From a virus (taxonomy: Duplodnaviria; Caudoviricetes): a stretch of 50,346 bases of DNA. Numbering within the stretch: the first letter of the stretch is position 1; each line of letters opens with the position of its first letter. The translations under genes and the position numbers were made by a program. A model generated the notes under the pieces. That model saw nothing but the letters and a program-made list of their open reading frames with translations. It was not told the DNA's origin and did not search any database. Below are positions 7,984 to 15,573 of this stretch, piece by piece. The stretch is taken from IMG/VR virus record IMGVR_UViG_3300032135_000012, positions 1 through 50,346 of that record. One strand, written 5' to 3'.

Positions 7984-8225
7984 TGAGCGACAATAAGAAC
8001 GTTGGTATTCAGCCTGCATCTGAGTACGAGATTGCGCAGAACATTGCCGCAAACAACTTCACTTACGACAAGAACTATTACGGCTCTTATGAGGCTCTTG
8101 CGCTGAAGCAGGGATTTGTTCTCGGCGCAAATACCTCTTTGCAGTTTAGTGAGGATCGCCTGATGATGCTGATTGAGGCAGTGCAGGCTGGCCGAAAGTG
8201 GGGACAGGCTGAGCGCGATGACTGA
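7983..8225 (+). CDS. Hypothetical protein
   Basis: GGAGG SD. Confidence 0.75.
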   Translation: MSDNKNVGIQPASEYEIAQNIAANNFTYDKNYYGSYEALALKQGFVLGANTSLQFSEDRLMMLIEAVQAGRKWGQAERDD

Positions 8226-8526
8226 CCCGGTAACACTTCCGGCGTTCAAGCCACGTAAGCCGGGGTCGCATTTGTTTGAGTGGGAGCAGGCTTCCTTGCA
8301 CGCGGAGCAACAGTTTCCGAAACACCCCGGCGTGACTGAGTTTGTTTTCGTCGTTGACTACACGCGGGGTAAGGCCGAGGAGTCGTTCGTGAAAGGGTGC
8401 AGGGTGTACCGTGTTGCATCGGAAGAGTTGTTTAATGAGTGGGCGTATGAGGTGGGGCGTGCGGCTGATGCTGAGGCGAAGAAGTTACGGTTATCCCGAG
8501 AAGGGTGGTCTGCTGGTGAAGAGTGA
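8218..8526 (+). CDS. Hypothetical protein
   Basis: Operon packing. Confidence 0.7.
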   Translation: MTDPVTLPAFKPRKPGSHLFEWEQASLHAEQQFPKHPGVTEFVFVVDYTRGKAEESFVKGCRVYRVASEELFNEWAYEVGRAADAEAKKLRLSREGWSAGEE

Positions 8527-8674
8527 AACGTATCCTAGGTTTGCGCATACCAAGTTTGGTTATGTGCGCATTGTGGAGTATGTGGGCGAGGGCATGTTCA
8601 GCGTTGTCGGGGTTGGTGATGAGCGTCGGAATATTCATAGAGATTCTCTTGACTTCCGTCGTGGCCACAAGTAG
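8516..8674 (+). CDS. Small SH3-like hypothetical protein
   Basis: GTG start; beta-rich pattern. Confidence 0.6.
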   Translation: MKSETYPRFAHTKFGYVRIVEYVGEGMFSVVGVGDERRNIHRDSLDFRRGHK

Positions 8675-8694
8675 GTTATAGGTAACAGGTTTTC
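8649..8694 (+). promoter_or_regulatory. Promoter with conserved 24-bp element (copy 2)
   Basis: TTGACT-17-TAGGTT followed by ATAGGTAACAGGTTTTC. Confidence 0.7.
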
Positions 8695-8712
8695 GAGAGA
8701 GGGAGGTTCAAC

Positions 8713-8976
8713 ATGGATTGGGAACAGGAGGCTGCGGTGGCTACGGATGCGCCGAGTATTGATTGGTTGTGGGAGGAGTCTGGAAAGCTGGAGGATGTTC
8801 TGCGTGACCGTTATGATATGTGGATTGATGTGTTTCCGATCCTTTTGCGCGGTGGTGATTATGAGGTTGGTGTCCACCTTCCTGCTGGTGGTGGGGTTCA
8901 GCAAAAAGAGTTTCATTCGTTTGATGAGGCCGAGGTTTGGGTTGATGAGATTTTGGGAGGTATGCTTGATGCGTAA
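8713..8976 (+). CDS. Acidic hypothetical protein
   Basis: GGGAGG SD. Confidence 0.75.
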   Translation: MDWEQEAAVATDAPSIDWLWEESGKLEDVLRDRYDMWIDVFPILLRGGDYEVGVHLPAGGGVQQKEFHSFDEAEVWVDEILGGMLDA

Positions 8977-9703
8977 GTTTATTGGCGGCATAGCCGCTGT
9001 TGTTGTTGGTTCTGGTCTTGTTCTTGCTGGGGCTGGTGCGGCCATTGCGACAGGGCAGGAGAAGGTTGTTATCTGCCATGCCACGGGAAGCGAAACGAAT
9101 CCGTGGGAGTCCATTGAGGTTGCTACCCCGGCGTTGGTTGCGCATGATGGGCATGGTGATCTGATTCCTGCCCCGGTAGATGGTTGCCCCATCCCCGTGG
9201 TGCCCGTTGAGCCACCCGCTGAGGAACCAGCGGAAGAAGAGGAGACTCCGACAGAAGTGGAGGAGCCTGTAGCCGAAGAGCCAGTTGTTGAGGTTCCGGG
9301 AGTGGACGAGCTGCCAGTCGAAGAATCACCCACAGTCGAGGAACCCCCATACACCGCACCAGTAATGAATTGTGGCGAGGGCACCGTTCCCGGTTGGCTG
9401 AATGGACATGGCGATCCGACCTCATGCGTGGGAGATAACCCGTGCCCAGAGGTTGACTTTGGTGAGACGTGCCCGGTGGATGTTGTGGAGCCGGTGGTGG
9501 TAGTTCCTGATGCTCCCGCTGATGCGGTGAAGCCTGTCGTGGTCGCCCCAAGTTCTCCTGTTGTCCCCGTTGTTCAGGCAAAGGAGCTTGCATACACTGG
9601 GAGTGACGATACGGCTGGGTTTATTGTGGCCGGGTTGCTGTTTGCGGTCGGTCTTGGGATGATTTTGGTTCGCAAGTTTTTGCCACGGAAGGTTGGTGCA
9701 TGA
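8969..9703 (+). CDS. Secreted, sortase-anchored (LAxTG) Pro/Glu-rich cell-surface protein
   Basis: Signal peptide MRKFIGGIAAVVVG...AAIA; KVVICHATGSETNP domain; P/E-rich linker; LAYTG, TM helix and RKFLPRK tail. Confidence 0.85.
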   Translation: MRKFIGGIAAVVVGSGLVLAGAGAAIATGQEKVVICHATGSETNPWESIEVATPALVAHDGHGDLIPAPVDGCPIPVVPVEPPAEEPAEEEETPTEVEEPVAEEPVVEVPGVDELPVEESPTVEEPPYTAPVMNCGEGTVPGWLNGHGDPTSCVGDNPCPEVDFGETCPVDVVEPVVVVPDAPADAVKPVVVAPSSPVVPVVQAKELAYTGSDDTAGFIVAGLLFAVGLGMILVRKFLPRKVGA

Positions 9704-10155
9704 TGGCGTTAGAGGAGATTGCGGTTGCAGATATTCGCAAAGGACAAAAGATTCTGGTGGTTTATAAGTTGCCGGGTTCGGTAATTGATCTGACTCATTC
9801 GGCAGTGTTCGAGTCTGAGGGGGACGAGCTAGAGAAGAAATGGGCTGCTGATACGAAGTTCTACCTCCTCGAAGATGTCCCTACGCCCTTGTTTGAGGTT
9901 CCGTGGGGAACAGTACAACGGGACAAAGACGGCGATTTGTGGGAGTTCTTCAAGAAAGTCGATCGCTACGGATTTGTCGGTCATGATCACCATCGCACCC
10001 GAATGTATCTGAATGAGGCTGCCGAGTTTGCCCCCTTCACTCGCCTGTACGCGGTGCAAGAACTGATCGACATCGTTGGTGATAAGAACCGTGGCTACAA
10101 CGGCGGGTACGTTGCCGACTATCTGGGCGATATTCGTGACGAGGGAATCATCTAG
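9700..10155 (+). CDS. Hypothetical protein, paralog family A
   Basis: IAVADIRKGQKI N-terminus; FAPFTRLY. Confidence 0.8.
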   Translation: MMALEEIAVADIRKGQKILVVYKLPGSVIDLTHSAVFESEGDELEKKWAADTKFYLLEDVPTPLFEVPWGTVQRDKDGDLWEFFKKVDRYGFVGHDHHRTRMYLNEAAEFAPFTRLYAVQELIDIVGDKNRGYNGGYVADYLGDIRDEGII

Positions 10156-10208
10156 CCCAACCCGCATCAACCCTACAACATTGATTTGAAGAAAGCAGGT
10201 ACACAGCC

Positions 10209-11681
10209 TTGACATTTCAGCTAATGATCCCCGACGCAGACCAAGAGAAAGAGATTTATAAAGCCACCGTCACCACTTCGGGCGGCTACCTTGGCGGACA
10301 CGTCACTGGACGCGGTAAGACGTTGATTGCTGTGGAGATTGCCCTTCGGGTGTGGGCTGAGCGGGTTCTGATTGTTGCACCTCCGGGCACGTTTGGTATT
10401 ATCAATGAGCGTGCTGGGAAGGCTGATGGTTGGTTGGGTACAGTTCACCGGCAGTTGAATGGTGAAGTAACTTTGCGGCGTGCGTCGAACCGCAATAAGG
10501 ATGAAAAGGAGACTTTACGAAAGTTGCTGAATGGTGACAAGGGGTGGTTTTTTCTGTCCCGCGAAATGTTCCAGCGCTTAGACTGGGAGTTGCAAGAACA
10601 GTTGGCACCTGACGGGCAACCGATTCTGAATGAGAAGACTGGTAAGCCAGTAAAGAAGGCAAAGCAGCACAAGGTTTGGCGCAAGCACCCGTTCGATGTC
10701 CTCGTGTACGATGAAGTGCAGATGGTTGCTGACCGTAAGGGGCGCTCGTTCAAGACGTTCCGTGATGCGAAGGCGGGCCTGAAGATTGGCTTGTCGGCTG
10801 ACTGGTTTGGTGCGAAGCTGACGGGCATGTGGGCACCCGCATATTGCATTTGGCCGAACGTTGTGACCACAAACTTTCTCCTCTTCTGTGATACTTACCT
10901 GAAGAGTGAGTATGACCATTTTGCTTTCAATAAGAAGAAGTACACTGCGGGTGAGCTTGAGCCGGGACTGTTCGTGTCTACTCTCCCTGCGTATGGTCGT
11001 CTGGAGTCTACTCTTGGGGTGATGCCGGGGGTTGATGTGCGTTGGGTTAATCTTCACCCAGTGCAGCGTCGCATGTATGACGAGATTGTTGATGACATGG
11101 TGACGTGGATTGAGGACAACCCGTTGGTGGTTGAACTGGATGTGACTATGCGTATTCGTTTGCGGCAGGTTGCCTTGGGTGAGTTCACTATTCGTGAGGA
11201 TGGTGTTGTGGATTTCAAACCGGGAGGCAAGTCGTCCAAGTTTGATGAGCTAAAAGAGTTGATTGATGAAACTGGTGGTCGTCCGCACGTTATTTTTACG
11301 GATTCGCAGAAGTTTGCCGAGAACGTTGCGGCACGTATTCCGGGTGCAGTATCGTACACAGGGGCACAGTCTCATACGGAGCGTTCTATCCGCAAGGAAG
11401 CATTCATTGGTGGTGAGGTAACTCATCTTGTTTGCACAACGCAGGCGGCGGGGATTGGGTTGGATGGGTTGCAGCATGTGTCGCGTGATGTTACGATTCT
11501 TTCAGAGGTTGAGGGTATGGATTACCTTACGGAGCAAGCCATCGGTCGTGTGTGGAGGCAGGGGCAGAAGTACCCTGTGAGTATTACGAAGATTATGGCG
11601 AATGACACGTATGATCTGGATGTTTTGGATACACTCATTGAACAGGCGTTGCAGAACAATGCCGCAAAGAAAGGGAGGTAG
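10209..11681 (+). CDS. SF2 (SNF2/DEAD-like) DNA helicase
   Basis: TGRGKT Walker A, YDEVQ motif II, LSAD motif III, GIGLDGLQ, QAIGRVWRQGQ motif VI. Confidence 0.9.
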   Translation: MTFQLMIPDADQEKEIYKATVTTSGGYLGGHVTGRGKTLIAVEIALRVWAERVLIVAPPGTFGIINERAGKADGWLGTVHRQLNGEVTLRRASNRNKDEKETLRKLLNGDKGWFFLSREMFQRLDWELQEQLAPDGQPILNEKTGKPVKKAKQHKVWRKHPFDVLVYDEVQMVADRKGRSFKTFRDAKAGLKIGLSADWFGAKLTGMWAPAYCIWPNVVTTNFLLFCDTYLKSEYDHFAFNKKKYTAGELEPGLFVSTLPAYGRLESTLGVMPGVDVRWVNLHPVQRRMYDEIVDDMVTWIEDNPLVVELDVTMRIRLRQVALGEFTIREDGVVDFKPGGKSSKFDELKELIDETGGRPHVIFTDSQKFAENVAARIPGAVSYTGAQSHTERSIRKEAFIGGEVTHLVCTTQAAGIGLDGLQHVSRDVTILSEVEGMDYLTEQAIGRVWRQGQKYPVSITKIMANDTYDLDVLDTLIEQALQNNAAKKGR

Positions 11682-11686
11682 TTCAC

Positions 11687-11947
11687 ATGATTGACTACGA
11701 TGCAGCAAAAGGGGATATTGTCGGCCCGATTCTTGCCTTCAACAATTGGAGGTCTGAGCTTGAATATGACGAGCGCACTCCCGCTGAGCGTTATGCGGAG
11801 CAGCTTATCAACAATCAGGTGCGCGACAACTTGAACAATATTCTTGACATGCTTGAGAATATGAAAGAGGACTTTCCGATGGAGGGTTGGGTTCGTGAAG
11901 AATTCATTACTGCGGCCAAGTACTGGATTGTGGGTGGCGACGAATGA
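11687..11947 (+). CDS. Hypothetical protein
   Basis: GGGAGG SD. Confidence 0.75.
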   Translation: MIDYDAAKGDIVGPILAFNNWRSELEYDERTPAERYAEQLINNQVRDNLNNILDMLENMKEDFPMEGWVREEFITAAKYWIVGGDE

Positions 11948-12135
11948 GGGAAAGCAACAGCGAGCTGATCGCGTATGCGTTGGACTATATCGAGAACGGG
12001 ACAATGCCGCGTGAGCGTCGCAACGCCTTGCAAGCGTTGGTGGGTGAATGTGAAAACTACTCCACAACATCCGCTTATGACCATTACTACATTAAGCGCC
12101 TTGAGGCAAAGATTAACTATTTGGAGGCAAGGTGA
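11944..12135 (+). CDS. Hypothetical protein
   Basis: ATGA overlap. Confidence 0.65.
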   Translation: MRESNSELIAYALDYIENGTMPRERRNALQALVGECENYSTTSAYDHYYIKRLEAKINYLEAR

Positions 12136-12755
12136 CCAACGTAACTGAACTCGATAAGTCTAAGGCGAACCACCCGGCCGGGAAGAAACGTGGCCCGAAA
12201 GTGGGGAACCCGAACCACCCCATGAAGGTGCAGGCTGAGCGCCGCAAGGAGGAGCAGGATCGCATTAAGGAACGCTACGAGCGGCAAGAGGCGAAACGCG
12301 CCATACCGGTACAGCCGGACACCAATAAGACCCTTACGGTGGCGCTCGTGCTTGGCACCATTGCGGTTATTACCAGTGGCGTGATTAGTTTCAACGGCAT
12401 CACAAGCATTTCCGCACTTGTAGGGCTGTCTGCCGGGTGGATGGCTTACATGTTCTTCGGGTTCATTGAAGTCCTCATTGGGTACTTCACTGTGAACTAT
12501 GTTATTCGTTCCTCGCGTGCCACCGAAACGGGTGGACAGGTGAAGGCAACCGGGGACTTCTGGGGACTTGTGGTGTTTAGTTCCATTGCTATCCTCGGTA
12601 ACGCTTATCACACGTTGTCTTTCCATGAGTGGAACTTTGTGTCACCGGACACGTGGGCTGGCGTTGTTCTGTCTGCCACGGCCCCGGCTGCCGTCATTTG
12701 GGTTACGAAGTCTGCGTCGTCTACTTTGTTCGCCAAGCCGGTTCGTCTGTCTTGA
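12132..12755 (+). CDS. Four-TM membrane protein, DUF2637-like
   Basis: GGAGG SD; charged N-terminus then 4 TM segments; ISF...I(D/E)...GNAYH...AP pattern. Confidence 0.7.
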   Translation: MTNVTELDKSKANHPAGKKRGPKVGNPNHPMKVQAERRKEEQDRIKERYERQEAKRAIPVQPDTNKTLTVALVLGTIAVITSGVISFNGITSISALVGLSAGWMAYMFFGFIEVLIGYFTVNYVIRSSRATETGGQVKATGDFWGLVVFSSIAILGNAYHTLSFHEWNFVSPDTWAGVVLSATAPAAVIWVTKSASSTLFAKPVRLS

Positions 12756-12808
12756 TTTACGTGCCACCAGCGTGTAGTGTTACAATACGCTATTCATTGG
12801 GGGCACTA

Positions 12809-13057
12809 TTGGCTGTGAAAAGATTGAGCAAGACACGCGCTGCGGTTGCGTTGGGGGACGCAATGCTGGTGGGGGAACCCAACTGCACTGGCAGGGCTAA
12901 AAGGTTCGAGAATGCAACAAGTGATGAAGAGGCGCAAGCGTTGTGTTCTGGTTGCCCAATCCTGTTGGCGTGCCGCAACTACGGCAAGGCTGACCCTGCC
13001 GCATCAGGGGTGTGGGGTGGGAAACTTTTTGTTGACAAGTTTCCCGATAATGATTGA
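12809..13057 (+). CDS. whiB: WhiB-family Fe-S transcription factor
   Basis: C...CxxCP...C plus GVWGG turn; start TTG 12809 or GTG 12815. Confidence 0.85.
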   Translation: MAVKRLSKTRAAVALGDAMLVGEPNCTGRAKRFENATSDEEAQALCSGCPILLACRNYGKADPAASGVWGGKLFVDKFPDND

Positions 13058-13082
13058 CAGGGCTTGCCGGGTTCGGTAAGTT
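13054..13082 (+). promoter_or_regulatory. SigA-like promoter of recombination/replication genes
   Basis: TTGACA-17-TAAGTT. Confidence 0.7.
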
Positions 13083-13125
13083 TGTTTCTGCCACGAAGTG
13101 TGGCCTACAACTTAGGAGGTAACTG

Positions 13126-13800
13126 ATGACTGATTCGGTGAAGAAAGTTTACGGGGCGTTTGCGGAAGTTCTGAAGTCCATGCAGGTTGATGCCGCTGGA
13201 ACCCTGCCCAATAATATGGGTGGCAAGAAGTACATCACTGCGAAGGATATTGCTGATGAGGTGAAGAAGAAGTTTGTTGAGGTGGGTCTTATTATGATCC
13301 CCAACGAGACTGTTGTTTCTGATGAAATCCTTACTGGTGCTGATGGCCGACGTACATCGTTCCTTATCATTGAGGGCAGGTACCGCATTATCCACATTGA
13401 GGACGGATCAGAAGTGACTATCTCTGGTACGGGTGGGGGTATGGCTACGGGTACTGCGGTTGCGCCGAACATTGCTTCTACGTTTGCTTTGAAGAATGCG
13501 TTGCAGCGTGCGTTCCTCATCTCGGAGACTGCCGTGGAGGAGGCCGCGTTGAAGGCCCCTGACGCTCCGGCCGCTACGCCGCCTGAGAAGCGTGCTGAGG
13601 CTACTGCGGTGGCTAAGGTGACTGCTGAGGTTGCTCCTTTGAAGAAGGAGATTGCGGCGAAGTTGGGCATTAAGTCTGCTGCTGGGATTATTGCTAAGGG
13701 CAACGAGTATTTCAAGGTAGAGAATTCTGACCTGTGGAAGGATGATGCGACAAAGCTTGGTGCTTGGTTGAAGCACCTGAACACTGGGGAAGTGGCGTAA
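13126..13800 (+). CDS. ERF-like ssDNA-annealing protein
   Basis: KYITAKDI...IHIEDGSEV...GTG...ASTFALKNALQRAFLI resembles the ERF signature; adjacent to nuclease and SSB. Confidence 0.75.
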   Translation: MTDSVKKVYGAFAEVLKSMQVDAAGTLPNNMGGKKYITAKDIADEVKKKFVEVGLIMIPNETVVSDEILTGADGRRTSFLIIEGRYRIIHIEDGSEVTISGTGGGMATGTAVAPNIASTFALKNALQRAFLISETAVEEAALKAPDAPAATPPEKRAEATAVAKVTAEVAPLKKEIAAKLGIKSAAGIIAKGNEYFKVENSDLWKDDATKLGAWLKHLNTGEVA

Positions 13801-13991
13801 TGAGTAACGAATGGGATGACCCCACCGCCGTGAAAGTTGCCTACAAGATAATCCGCGCGCAGCAGTCATTACTTGTGGCATATCGAACTGGAGGCAGACC
13901 CCCAGAATCAGCGATTGATTTCTTGACGAAAAACAAAGGCCGTTTCATGGCCTACGCCGAGAAACCGCAATTACGAGGGGAGGTAGCGTAA
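13800..13991 (+). CDS. Hypothetical protein
   Basis: TAATG overlap. Confidence 0.7.
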   Translation: MSNEWDDPTAVKVAYKIIRAQQSLLVAYRTGGRPPESAIDFLTKNKGRFMAYAEKPQLRGEVA

Positions 13992-14212
13992 TGGAGCATG
14001 TGTGGGAAACCCTAAAGGTTGACGAGGCAAGGGTGCACTATAGCTTCTGGGTAAGTAAGGGCACAATAACAACACTCAACAGCCCCGAATATATAGCCAG
14101 CGCGGTACGCGACGTGGAAAATCAAACAATGGGGCGCGTCAATGTGGATATGGTCGAAACCCGGATTCGCGTAATAAATACTACGGAGTGGAAGCCGGTA
14201 GCGAGCGCATGA
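13991..14212 (+). CDS. Hypothetical protein
   Basis: GGAGG SD; TAATG overlap. Confidence 0.7.
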   Translation: MEHVWETLKVDEARVHYSFWVSKGTITTLNSPEYIASAVRDVENQTMGRVNVDMVETRIRVINTTEWKPVASA

Positions 14213-15099
14213 GTGCCCCCAAGCTAGCTTCCTACTATTCTGAGAAGCAGGATGATGGCCGCTACTACAAAAACCCGTTCACGGACGAAACGGCTGCATC
14301 CGTCACGACCATTCTCAAAGGGGAGAACAAGGATAACCTTATTCAGTGGTCTGCTGACCGTGTGGCATGGTTCTTTGCAACCAACCCAGACTTTGCGCTC
14401 ACCCGAACCGCTGACGCAACATTCAACGCTGCACGGTTCAAGCACAACGATTTTCGTGACGAACGTGCCGAGATTGGTACAGCCGTACATAACTGGGTTG
14501 AGGCTGACCTTGAGGGTGGCTGGAATTATCCCGAACTGTGGGATGAAGAAGTAATTGAGTGTGTTGCCCAGTGGAAACTTTTTCTGGAAGCACACAAGAT
14601 TGAGGCTGTCCATGTGGAAACAACGGTATGGAGCGAGAGCGGCCGTCATGCGGGCACGTTAGACTTCTACGGGTACATTGACGGGGTGCTGTGGCTTCTT
14701 GACTTGAAGACTTCCAAGAACTTGTGGGACGGTCACGAATACCAGTTGGCGGCGCTGGAATCATCCGAGTACGGCCTTGTTGAGTGTGATGAGGATCACC
14801 CGGATGCGTCACCAAAGTTTGCGTACACGGACTGGGAAACGAAGGAGAAGCATGTCACGTTTTGGCGTAAGGTTATTTTGCCGAAGCCGGAGAAGCGTGG
14901 GTTTCTTCACATTCGCCCTTCCTATACTGACCCTTTGACTGGTAGTATTACACCAGCGTTTTGGGATTTGGTTGAGGTTGAAGCTGGGGACATTCCTGCG
15001 TTGTATAGTGTCTTTCTGGGGTACGCTCAGGCGCACTCGGGTAAGGCTGAGGTGAAGGCTCTGCGGAAGTCGCGGGAACCTGATAAGGTAAATTGGTAA
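14209..15099 (+). CDS. PD-(D/E)XK (RecB/Cas4-like) exonuclease
   Basis: SVTTIL, GTAVH, AGTLD, LLDLKTS, YQLAAL motifs. Confidence 0.88.
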   Translation: MSAPKLASYYSEKQDDGRYYKNPFTDETAASVTTILKGENKDNLIQWSADRVAWFFATNPDFALTRTADATFNAARFKHNDFRDERAEIGTAVHNWVEADLEGGWNYPELWDEEVIECVAQWKLFLEAHKIEAVHVETTVWSESGRHAGTLDFYGYIDGVLWLLDLKTSKNLWDGHEYQLAALESSEYGLVECDEDHPDASPKFAYTDWETKEKHVTFWRKVILPKPEKRGFLHIRPSYTDPLTGSITPAFWDLVEVEAGDIPALYSVFLGYAQAHSGKAEVKALRKSREPDKVNW

Positions 15100-15117
15100 A
15101 CAAAGGAGGAAAAATAG

Positions 15118-15420
15118 ATGGCATTTGTAACAGTAAAGGGTGAGGTTACCCGAACGTTTTTCAACGGCAAGGGTGCAGAAGTCACCGAAAGCTGGCAGCA
15201 GAGTGGTGAGACTTTCAAGAAGCGTTGGTCAGCTTTCTTCGAGAACGAACACGGACTTGCAGAGGGCGCACAAGTTCAGGTGAACGGTATCCACGGCGAC
15301 AAGGTTGATGAGTGGGAGAAGGATGGCGAAGTCCGTCACACCATCAAGCGCACGATCAACAAGTCAGAATCTAAAGTGCTCAGTGAAGCACCAGCCGATG
15401 ATGGAGAAACGCTATTTTGA
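15118..15420 (+). CDS. ssb: Single-stranded DNA-binding protein
   Basis: OB-fold-like pattern, acidic C-terminal tail ending in F; AGGAGG SD. Confidence 0.75.
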   Translation: MAFVTVKGEVTRTFFNGKGAEVTESWQQSGETFKKRWSAFFENEHGLAEGAQVQVNGIHGDKVDEWEKDGEVRHTIKRTINKSESKVLSEAPADDGETLF

Positions 15421-15458
15421 AGAGGCTGGCCTGAGCCCGCGTAGCACCTTGCAACAAG

Positions 15459-15493
15459 ACGCCCCGCCACTCCCGTATCGGGTGGCGGGGCGT
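15459..15493 (+). terminator. Strong GC hairpin after ssb
   Basis: ACGCCCCGCCAC/GTGGCGGGGCGT; no clear U-tract. Confidence 0.6.
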
Positions 15494-15573
15494 TGCCTTC
15501 CATGGCTTACTGATGTGAAAAGAATCGAGACTCAGGTACACTAAACGTTCGCAACAAATGATGGGAGGCTACA

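Noticed and set aside
8635-9593. Long antisense ORFs here and opposite other genes (e.g. 13149-13784, 31045-31761)
   Set aside because: Shadow frames of well-supported genes, without SD or recognisable motifs.
14209-15099. Cas4 or CRISPR-associated system
   Set aside because: No four-Cys Fe-S pattern, no array and no other cas genes; the context is a recombination module.
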